DNA of 27,762 bases from Okeania sp. SIO2F5 (GTDB lineage Bacteria > Cyanobacteriota > Cyanobacteriia > Cyanobacteriales > Microcoleaceae). The position numbers and the translations under genes are program-made. The notes beneath the pieces were generated by a model. That model saw only the letters and a program-made list of their open reading frames with translations, was not told the origin of the DNA and made no database searches. Shown in pieces: positions 1-9,900 of this stretch (positions within the stretch are counted from its first letter, which is position 1; each line of letters opens with the position of its first letter). Location: assembly GCF_010692685.1 (NCBI RefSeq), contig NZ_JAAHGU010000008.1, positions 233,619-261,380 on the forward strand, in the 5' to 3' direction.

Positions 1-62
1 ATGAAATGATTCGTCAAAAAAAACTGATAAAATTTTACAACCTATTTAGAATTACTATATCT

Positions 63-200
63 CAATTTCTCATTTGCTTCAACCTTTTTTCTTTCTTCCT
101 TCTTCCTTCTTCCTTCCTTAGTCAGAAAAAAGTAGTTTTGCGAAATTACTTTAACTCTTAGTTCCTTATTTCCTTTTTCCTTCTTCCTTCTTCCTTATTT
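63..200. repeat. STRR heptamer tracts (CCTTCTT-type) in two blocks (63-118 and 168-200) flanking a short spacer
   Basis: Tandem ttccttc/cttcttc heptamers are visible directly. They are typical Nostocales short tandemly repeated repetitive sequences. Confidence 0.8.
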
Positions 201-202
201 TT

Positions 203-484
203 ATGAAATCAGAAGAACAACAGCATCCCCAATATCATAAAGATAGACTAATAGTTAACACCCTATTAGCAGAAAAAGATACTGCCTATAACTTAGCAGA
301 ATTAGCAAGACTAAAAATTCGTTATCGAGGTTTTCCTGGGGCAAAAGATATTCAGGAAGACTTAGAGAAAGTATTAGTAAAGTGGGAACTAACTGAAGAA
401 AAGCTCTATGAAAAAACTCGTGAAATTCATCGCAAAGGTCAGGTTTATAAAAAACACAATAACGACCAAGAAGATTGGTTTTAG
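203..484 (+). CDS. Small conserved hypothetical protein (93 aa), possibly the DUF3288-like cyanobacterial family
   Basis: ATG-initiated ORF with no internal stops. The N-terminal motif HPQYHKDRLIVNTLLA...YNLAELARLKIRYRGFPGA resembles a small protein family conserved in cyanobacteria. The family assignment is from memory only. Confidence 0.5.
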   Translation: MKSEEQQHPQYHKDRLIVNTLLAEKDTAYNLAELARLKIRYRGFPGAKDIQEDLEKVLVKWELTEEKLYEKTREIHRKGQVYKKHNNDQEDWF

Positions 485-811
485 AAATTTTTTATAATTA
501 TTTAATAGAGTGGTTAAATAAGGTAATAAGCAGTAGGTCTGGTTAGCAATGGAAGTAGAGGTTCGTGAGATTATTGCTGTTTATATGGACTCACGGGATT
601 GAGAAGTCACTAGGCATTTGTAGCAGTCCTTACCTGCTGTAGGTCGTCAATTTGCCTTTCGCTCCGCGACATTAAACGTGTAAATAATGTGTAGTCCGTT
701 ACTGTGAATCGCTACATTTATATAGTTTTTGCAGATAATATCAAATCCGGTTAATTGCACATAAAAAAATTCTCCAATCGTCATAACTACGCTTATCTTT
801 GTAATTCTCTT

Positions 812-850
<39 letters not shown>

Positions 851-944
851 AGTTAACCATTCTATAACTGTTTAACCGGACTTGATATAATTTGGCATTC
901 CACTATACCTAAAGTATAATTAATATGAAATACGAAAAATTATG

Positions 945-1500
945 CTACAAATAAAGCATCAGATAAAGCTTCTAAAATCAAGTCCCATCCGGTCACAGAT
1001 ATAATAGTTTTTGGGGTTAATTCTAGTAAGATTTTAGATAATCGCTTTCTGAAAATATCGAGATTTTCAAACAGTTCCCACTTGAATTTTTTTTGAATTT
1101 CTTTCCACAATCTTTCAATGGGATTGACTTGTGGAGTGTAAGGAGGTTGAAATAAGGAGTGTAAGGAGGTTGAAATAAAAGGATGACATTATTGGGAATT
1201 AGGCGATCCATCTATAATGCCGTAATCTGCAAGTCTTACCTGTGAATAGTCTTGGATAGATTCGATTGCTTTTGTTACTAAATCACCAGTAGGTTCGAGA
1301 GAAGGTTTTGCTCCAATTGTGTTGAATGAAGTAGTTAGATGTCATATAAATTTCCATGTCATATCCTCTCTAATGATGATTATTTGCAACCTGATTTTTA
1401 GCTAATTCATCCTCAATAAACTCAGAAGTTTTACTTCCAACTTTTGGTTGTTTATCTACGTTCTGAAATTATAGTAGTTTAACTTAAAAATGAGACGTTT
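945..1500 (-). mobile_element. Degenerate IS630/Tc1-family transposase remnant (C-terminal DDE region, several frame disruptions)
   Basis: The minus-strand translation contains QPPYTPQVNPIERLWKEIQKKFKWELFENLDIFRKRLSKILLELTPKTIISVTGWDLILEALSDALF. This matches the conserved (L/Q)P(P)YSP-x-LNPIE-x-W C-terminal signature of IS630-family transposases. The reading frame is broken, with no intact ORF longer than 62 aa. Upstream fragments (…KAIESIQDYSQ…, …SKTSEFIEDELAKNQ…) lie in other frames. Confidence 0.55.
1134..1179. repeat. Perfect 23-bp tandem duplication (ggagtgtaaggaggttgaaataa x2) inside the transposase remnant. It duplicates the PPYTP codons and shifts the frame.
   Basis: Direct reading shows 1134-1156 identical to 1157-1179. 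Confidence 0.9.
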
Positions 1501-1910
1501 TTTCATCTGAAACTCCCTCATAGCAAGAAAGCTTTGTCTCAATCTAAAGTTAAATGACTATAGTGTTGATATGATTCAGGTATTTCATAATGCCAAAAAT
1601 CACAATAGCATATTTTGGACATCCAAATTGAAAATTTAGACCGCTTAGGTATAAATCAATACAGTTCAGTTAAGGATTTTTTTTGGCAGTTCTGTAATCT
1701 CAAGAGCTACTCTAATAGTTCCATACCTTATGAGTTTTATCCCTATTCCCTACTCCCTATTTCCTACTGCCTAAAATTTAATGATTATCTGTTTCACTTT
1801 TTGCGATAAATATGAAACTTTTGGCTTTCATGGATACTAACAAAACTAAATCCAGCTTGTTCCATAATTTCTTCTTTTTTCCATTGCTTAATGTAACTCA
1901 ACTTAAGTTT

Positions 1911-2534
1911 TTATTGAGCTAATATTTCCCCATCTTTCTTAAAAAAATAAGTTTTATCAATGGATTCAATTTCATAATTTTCCCCAATTTTTTCTATCTC
2001 ATGAGAATAAACAATTCCTGTGGGAAGACTTTGTTGATAACTTTTATGTTCTCCTTGAAAACTCAATAGGAATAACCCATCTTGATGCAGATGTTTAGCA
2101 ACATTAATTAATCCCTTAATATCCTCATCAATATCCTTAGTATGATTTCTTAAGTCAGTCCGATCACCTCGTTGACTTATTACCCAAACTCCTCTACTAG
2201 AAACAGCGATATCAAAAGTTTCTTGGAGGTTCATATCATAGATATCTGCCTCTAGCAACTTTCCCCATCCTCCTAATCTCTTTCTGGCAATTTCGAGCAT
2301 TGATAAGGTAATATCTACTCCTGTAAATTCAGCTTCGGGAGCAAGTGGCAATAATTTTTCAGCAAATAATCCTGTTCCTACACCTAATTCAAGTATTTTT
2401 TTATGACCATCTTTCATCAAAGAATAGACTGCATTAGCCATTCCTTGATAATCATAATAGCCTTGGGTCATCAAAAGATCATAATAATCAGTAAAACTAT
2501 CGTAATAATCGGTGATATTAATATATTGACTCAT
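1911..2534 (-). CDS. Class I SAM-dependent methyltransferase (~207 aa)
   Basis: Motif I KILELGVGTGLFAEKLL (GxGxG) followed by an acidic residue at the end of beta-2 (GVDIT). The six-frame ORF extends to 2555 only by using a TTG codon. The first ATG is MSQYIN at 2534. Confidence 0.75.
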   Translation of the reverse strand: MSQYINITDYYDSFTDYYDLLMTQGYYDYQGMANAVYSLMKDGHKKILELGVGTGLFAEKLLPLAPEAEFTGVDITLSMLEIARKRLGGWGKLLEADIYDMNLQETFDIAVSSRGVWVISQRGDRTDLRNHTKDIDEDIKGLINVAKHLHQDGLFLLSFQGEHKSYQQSLPTGIVYSHEIEKIGENYEIESIDKTYFFKKDGEILAQ

Positions 2535-2706
2535 AGTTAATTTTGCAGGAGTCAAGTGCAGTCCCTAATAAATAATTTGAATTTTAGTAACTATAACCAT
2601 GATGATTTGATTGAAAAATCCGTATCAATAAATCAGCTATTTATTTTCTCAATTTGATGCAACTTAACAGGGAATTTGTATCAGACTTAATTTGGATACA
2701 ATTATT

Positions 2707-3112
2707 TGATTATCTGTTTCACTTTTTGCGATAAACATAAAACTTTTGGCTTTCATAGACACTAACAAAACTAAACCCATCTTGTTCCATAATTTCTTCT
2801 TTTTTCAATTGCTTAATGTAGTTCAACTTAAGTTTTTGTTGAGCTAATATTTCCCCATCTTTCTTAAAAAAATAACTTTTCTCAATGGATTCAATTTCAT
2901 CATTTTCCCCAATCTTTTCTATCTCCTGAGATTAACGAAGTCAGAAGTCAGAAGTCAGAAGTTAACCCACCCCTCGCCCCTCCCCCTCCCAGGAGGGGAA
3001 GTAGGGGATGCGTGAGCAACTCTCCAAAAATATTGCGCCTTAAAAGGCGGGGTTTTAGACCAATATTATTTTGATAAACAATTCCTGTGTGGAAATTTTG
3101 TTGATAACTTTA
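2707..3112 (-). pseudogene. Truncated paralogous copy of the methyltransferase 3' end plus 3' flank (~90% identical to 1782..2048), interrupted by a 140-bp MITE
   Basis: 2707-2930 aligns base-for-base with 1782-2005 with scattered substitutions. After the inserted element (2931-3072), 3073-3112 resumes the alignment with 2006-2048 (…aaacaattcctgtg[t]gg[a]a[a]a[t]tttgttgataactt…). The copy contains only about the last 45 codons. Confidence 0.75.
2931..3072 (+). mobile_element. MITE-like element A (AGTCAGA STRR head, C-rich/G-rich palindrome, ccttaaaagg...ttttagacc tail). Seen inserted into the duplicated methyltransferase fragment.
   Basis: It is absent from the paralogous copy at 2005/2006. 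An inverted copy lies at 14740-14850. Internal hairpin cccctccc-agg-aggggaag. Confidence 0.7.
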
Positions 3113-3159
3113 TAGGTTAGCTATGGGTAATTAGGGTTTGCTGAATAAAGTATGAGTAG

Positions 3160-3370
3160 TAGGGGTAGGAGTCAGGAGTCAGGAGTCAGGAGAAATGGGG
3201 AATTTAGAGGAGGTAGGAGTAAGAATTGTCCCTCAATTTTTTTGTCCGAAGGTTTGCCTTTTATGCTAACTTTTTGAGGGTTTTAGACTAAAACAAGCGC
3301 ATTTTTTGGGAATCGAAGAAAGCTCAAACCTTTACCTGTCAATGGTCTTAAAATTAATTGGCAAACCCTA
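3160..3370 (+). mobile_element. MITE-like element B (second copy at 24610..24830)
   Basis: aggagtcagg...agaaatggggaatttagaggaggtag...attgtccctcaattttt...ctaactt...acctttacctgtcaatg matches 24610-24830 with about 80% identity. Confidence 0.65.
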
Positions 3371-3424
3371 ATTATAAATATCTGGAAATCAAAGAATTAA
3401 TTTAATATTTGGAAAAGGTAGGCA

Positions 3425-3840
3425 ATAGGTAATTTCAGTTATCAGTTATTAGTAACTCTTCAATAAGGAGGCAAGAAAATACGGAATTCTCTTTTCTCTT
3501 GGTCAATTGGATATGGGGAGGTCTCCTCGTCACCCCACCCTACGGGAAGCTCCGAAGCTATACTGCTTTTTATCCCCTTAAAAGGCTATGCTTTATCAAC
3601 ATATTTACTTAACATAAAACTTGACAAAATAGACAAGTTATATTCAAGCCTTTAAAAGTTTTTTTTCAGAGAAAAAGTGTATTCAAAGGTATATTTGTTT
3701 TGATAACTTAAGTAGCTTTTCCTATCTATATGATTCTTTCTCCCTTCTCCCCTGCTCTCCACAAGGTTTTCAGGAGTTCCTTATAAGGGATAGCTTAAAA
3801 GGGGAGGCTTTAGACCAGGATTTTTCGGTCAAAAGAATAT
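3425..3840 (+). mobile_element. Composite MITE-like elements C and D (cagttatcagttattagta...ggaggcaagaaaatacggaattctctttt...ttggatatgggg... then ccttaaaaggggaggctttagaccaggatttttcggt). A direct copy lies at 11697..11812.
   Basis: The C module also occurs inverted at 14585-14695. The D module (3795-3836) closely matches 11769-11812. Confidence 0.6.
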
Positions 3841-3909
3841 CGTTGATTAGTAAATGCACAAATAATTTTATCCATCTACTTAGCACAATAATTTGATTGA
3901 AAAAAATCA

Positions 3910-6900
3910 TCAATTTCCTGCAAATTTTTGATAATCTTCTAGTAACCAATGAGGCAGTTTAGTTATATCTTCGATTCGTAATTGTTCAGAACGACAATAT
4001 AACATTGCTGCTAATAAATAATTTATAGTTTTTGGTGCTTCTATTCCTTTGGCAAGTTGAGCAGCTAACTGTCGTAAAAATTCTTGTTCGCTTTCTATTA
4101 AAGATTCATTTTGAATTTTGCTATTGAGTAATGCTTGATAACCTTTACCCATTTCACCCAAGTAAAAAGTTTCTAGTTTTTGAGGTTCTAAATTTATCCA
4201 AAAATCAGCCATTTGTTTTCTGATTTGACGCAATTCTTGAACCACAGATTCATCAGATGGGTCAATATAGTAAAGATTCACACTGCCCAATAATTGATTG
4301 ATAAATTTTTGCTGTGGAATGTCTAAATTATCTGTTTGATTTGCTGTTAAAACTACATTTTTTTCTGGTCTAACTTCAGCAGTTGTGACTGGAGAATTTT
4401 CTGGTAGATGAGGGGATTTAGATTTAAAAGCTTTTTCCAACTTCTGGGCAACTTCTCGACTTTCAAATATCTGTTTATAATCATCTATCAACCACTGAGG
4501 TAAACGATTTTTAGCATCTCTGACTAACATTTTGCTTGGAGGAAAATATAACATTGCCCCTAAAAATGTATTGATAGCTTTTGGATTAGTTAAACCCATA
4601 CTTGTCTCAGCTAATTCTTTGAGAAATTTCTGTTCATCTTCGGTTTGAGGTTCGTTTTGAATTCCACTTTTTAATAAAGCTTGATATGCTTGTCTAATTT
4701 TGCCTTGATAAGTATTTTCTAATTCTTTGGGAGCTACAGCTAACCAAAAATCAGCTATTTGTTTACGAAGTTGACGTAATTCTTCTATTAAAGATTGGTC
4801 AGTAGGATCGATTTCGTAGAGATTCACACAACCAATCAAACGATTGATAAATTCAGAAGTTAAAGAATTTTTATCTGTAGATTCTATAGTTTTTGGCGCG
4901 TGAATATTTTGCCATTCTTGGAATAATTCTTGAAATAATTTACCTATCTGTGTAGAGTAACTAAGACTGTCTAAAAATGAAGGGTTTTGCTCAATTTTTT
5001 CCAGAATTTCTTGCCGCTTTTGTTGACGTAACTGAGGATTAGTTGCTAGTTTCACTACTAAATTAATATAACTCTCTTCCCCATCAGCAATAAGATCGTC
5101 CATCTTTATCTCTCTGAGCAATGCTGATGCTTGTCGAAACCTTAAAGCATTTCCTTCAACAACTACTGGTGGAACTCCGACCATGAGTGGATCGACCAGA
5201 GAGGTTGCACCACCGTAAGGGAAAGAGTCTAAATAAATATCCGCTAATTTCAAACATTCTTTGATATCTGCTTGACTTGGTAATGCTTTAATTACGACCA
5301 AGCGCTTACTGTCGATACCATGACGTTTCAAAACAGACCGCATCTGTTTGATAAAAGGGGCAAATCGATAAGAATTAGTCCAGTTAGGATTAAAAGGATA
5401 CAAGACTAAAATAGAATTGGGCACTTTTGCTAGGATTTTGGCCCAAGTCTCCCGCATCTCCGGTATAATTTTGTAGAAATTAGCTCCAGAAATAAATATG
5501 GTGGTTTGGTCGGTTGCCCCCCAACTAGAGCGAATTGGTTTTACTCCTGAGGGGGGTTCGGCGATCGCATATCGGAAACAGAGTCCGGAATCTTCTAGGT
5601 TGGCCAGTTTTTCTGTATAATGTTCTTGGGTTGTCTCTGTTGGTGCAGTAATTTTACCGGAGATATAGTAGTCTATGGAGTGCATCCCGGTGGTAGTGGG
5701 AGAATTGATGGATGTAATTTGTATTCTGGCCAGTTTGTGTATTGCCAGCAAGGTAGAATTTTTGATAGTAGCAGTAATATTAGAGCCAATAAATAGAATA
5801 TCAAGGTTGTCGTTGCGAATAATTTGTGCTTGACTTTTCAATTCTTCTGGTAGTTGTAGAAATTTATCGGCGTGACTTTGGCAATATTTTTCTAAGGGAT
5901 GTCCGTTAGATTTTATTGCATAGAGAAATATCTCAAATTTACTCCGGTCTAAATGTTCAAATACTGGGAGTAAGGAATATGTTTCTGTTTGGGGAGAATA
6001 ATGATCTTTGAGAATTCCCAAGCGAATTTTTGGGCGGTTAAATGGGCGGTCGTTCATCTTATAATCTAACTCTAACCCACGATTTTTTAGAGCAAATTCT
6101 ATAATTTCTGCACGCTTGATGTAGAGATTTTTTAAATTGGGCGTAGTAGTAAAATATAGAGGAATCCAATTAGCATTTTCCACAAAAAACCAGGCGATAA
6201 CTTGCCATAATTCTGAGTCTGGATTAGTGGATATATTGTTATGCACATAATTCAACCATCCTACTAGAAAATTATGATAATTATCTGTTTCTCCTATTTC
6301 TTGAAAAAGTTGGGGAGAGGCAAACATAAATTTTAAATAGTCTGTAGCAAACCAGCTAGGTATGGGAGCTTTTTCGTATTTAATTCCTAGTCGATCTGCT
6401 CTTTGATAAAGCATCCCTGCCAATAAATACTGAATGGCTAAAGGTTGGTTAAATCCTTTGGCAAAATTAGCTTTTATTTTGTCTACAAATCTTTGTTCTA
6501 TTTCAGTTAAAGTTTCGTCTTTTATACCACTTGCTAATAATGCTTTGTGTGCTTGACCAAATGCTCCCAAGTAAACATTTTTGAGTTCTTCCGAAGTTTG
6601 AATATTCAGCCAGCATTCTGCAATTTGCTTTCTAATTTCTTGCAATCTAACTAATGCTGATTCATCCAACTGGTTTTGCTGATAAAGCTGAATATTCTGA
6701 TTTATTTCTGTCAGAGATGGTAATAAATTAGTTTTAACAGTAGGAACAACTTTTTGTTGTTCTATAGACTGAGGTTTTGGAGAATTGACTGACTGATTTG
6801 GTGTCTTAATTAAATCTGTTTCCCCACTGACCAAAACAGAGATAAGTAAATTAACTACAGAAGGAGATTGACTACATTTAAGACCTTCACGAATTTGAGC

Positions 6901-9900
6901 GATCGCTCCATTAGTATTTCCTCCTTTCAACATAGAAGCAGCCATTTTTATTGCTTCAATTGCATAATGTTCCCTAGCTTTATCAGATAATTTTTCTGCC
7001 ATTTTTGTTGGTAAATAAGTTTGAGTAATTTCTATAGCTTTCCGAGCATTTTCTATATTACCGCCAGACTGCATTAAGCGGGAAGTTTCCGAGGAGGAAT
7101 GTAAACGGAAACAAGCCAAAATTTCCGGTTCAAACCAAATAGGATAAAAAGCAGTTATTCGCTTCCAAATTTCCCAATCAGCCGCCGAATCTGCCTGAGA
7201 ACAAAAACCTCCTAAATTTTCATAAACCTTACGTTTTACTACCATCCCCACAACTTGAATTCGTTGTTCAATAGTAATTTTTTCTAAGAAATTTTCTATA
7301 ATACCTGGAGTTTTTCTTTCCAACACAGACAAATACTTTTTCTGGTCATATTCATCTATATAATAGTGGCGACAAAATGCTGCTCCTACTGTTGTATTTT
7401 GTTCAATTCCACGACGTAATTTTTCATAAAAACCAGGCAAGACAAAATCATCATCATGGAGTAGATGAATCCAATATCCTTTTGCTCTTTGTAGACAAAT
7501 ATTAAAAATCGGAGCTTGACCAATATCTTGTGGAAAATGTCGATAAAAATTAACTCTTTCTCCCCCTACCTTTCGGACAATTGCTTCTATTTCAGCTTGA
7601 ATTTTATGGTCTGGACAATCATTTACGACTTCTATCTGCATTTCTTCTAGGGCAGGAGCTTGTTGCAATACACTTTTGAGAGTTTGCTCTAAATATTTCG
7701 CCTTTTTATAAGTAGGAATCATCACAGACCAAAACGGTCGATGGTTATTATCTGACAATGGATTAATTTCTGGATATTCAATACCCATTTGATTATTTTT
7801 GAGAGTAGCTATTTGAGGAAATTTTTCTATACCTACTTCTAGTTGTTGTTCTCGTCTTACCGTTGCCCAAATCCAAGGTTTAGCAGATTTTAAAGAAACT
7901 AAATTAAACCCCGCTGCCATTAATAAATCTTTTAATTTTTCTTCAGTATAAGCATTGCCAGAAAAATAATATTGTTGATCTTTTGCCCCTTCCTCATCAA
8001 AATTTCCTAAACTTTCAGCGCTGTGGTCATGTACTTTAATTCTCAAATATCCTCCCGGTTTCAAAACCCGAAATATTTCTCGGAAATAACTTTTGACAAT
8101 AGAAATAGAACGGATGTGCTGAAAAACTATCGTCGAAAAAACAAAGTCGTAATTTTCATCAGCTAACTGTTGCAAATCATCGCCATTATTAATATATAGC
8201 TCTCCATTTTGTTTCCCATCAGCTAAATATTGTCGGGCAAACTGAATCATATTTTCCGAAATATCTACACCATCTACCCGTGCAAATTTTTCTCGCAAAT
8301 ACTTAATAAGACGACCAACACCACAACCGATTTCTAATACTTTCCACTCTGGTTTAACAGGGATACCTTCCAGAATTTGTGGCACCCAAATTTCCATTAA
8401 CTCTTTCCTAACTTGCTTTTTTTGTCCTGGAGAAAGCGTCTCCATTCCACTGTAAGCTAAGACTCGCTCAAAAATAGCTTCATCTAAAGAATTAACATTC
8501 CTAAAATAGCGTTGTATTTCTAACTGCCCGTGATTTATTTGAAATTGAATTTTGCCTAAATTTTTCCTATCTTCCATACCAGATAATTCCTTTGATTTAA
8601 GCTGTATCTCTGACTCTCCATGATTTATTGGAGATGAAATTTCTCCTGACTTTTTCCTATCTTCCACACTAGAAAATTCCTTTGATTTAACCTGCATCTC
8701 TAAATCTCTATGATTTATTGGAAATGGAATTTCTCCTGACTTTTTCCTATCTTCCATAGCAGATAATCTCTCTACTTTAATCCGATTAAAAGTCTGGATA
8801 AATACATCAGTCATAATCTTAGCCATTCGAGACCAAGAAAACTTTTGAGCTTGTGCTAAACCAGCAGTTATTAATTGTTGCCGAACTTCTGATTTTTGCA
8901 CTTCACCCAAAGCATTTACCAATCCATTAACATCATTATCATTAATATATAAAGCTGCTCTTCCTGCCACTTCTGGAATTGAAGCATTTTTACAAGTAAT
9001 AACTGGACAACCACAAGCCATTGCTTCTAAAATAGGCAGTCCAAAACCTTCATATTTTGATGGATAAACTAAAGCCATCGCTCCAGAGTAAGCCGATTTT
9101 AATTCTTGGTCACTCAGTTGTAATAAATGAATTTTACTATCTGAAATATATTTGCTTAATTCTGGCTCTACTTTTCTATTTCCCCCTATACAAACAATCT
9201 CAAATTCTGCGGATTTTTTGAATTTAGCAAAAGCTTGAAAGAATAACATAGTATTTTTATAACCTAGCCAACCTATTCTCTCACCCACTATCAGAAAGTA
9301 TGGGCGATGAATGTTATATTTCAACTGAAAATTAGTAACTTCTTGAGGGGTCGCTCTAGAAAATTTAGGTTCAATTCCGCAGGGAGCTACTCTGATAGAA
9401 TTTGCGGATATTTGAGGAAAATATTTTACTAAATCACGAGCTGTATTTTCTGAAATTGAAATATAAGAAATTGCCTGTTTAATACTACGATGTTTTTCTT
9501 GCCATGAAGGGTTATCAAGATTTTTAGCTAAAACTTCTGGAATCATATCATAAGCCATAAATATAGATGGCGTTAAGATAGGTGTTGTGTAATAAGTAGA
9601 AATGAAAATATCAGCATTTTCTTCATCACATATTTGCTGCAAAATTTGACGGTCTGCATCTATTCTGCCGTAATTATATCCAGGGATAACACGATATTTT
9701 ATGCCGGGAATTTTTGGTGCAGTTTTTGCTCTGTCAAGCACTAAAATATTTTTAGCAAAACTATCTTTTGACCATACTTCCAACAAAGACTTCCAGACAC
9801 GGGCAATACCTGTATTATTTATTTGGAAAAATACACCATCAATAAGAACCTTGAAATCTAATAGCTGCCAATTTTTCGATTTTCTTTCGGCAATATTTTC

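Noticed and set aside
1615-1809. 64-aa ORF
   Set aside because: It spans an STRR tract (tccctattccctactccctatttcctact) and the duplicated 3'-flank segment, with no RBS or start context. It is most likely a repeat translation.
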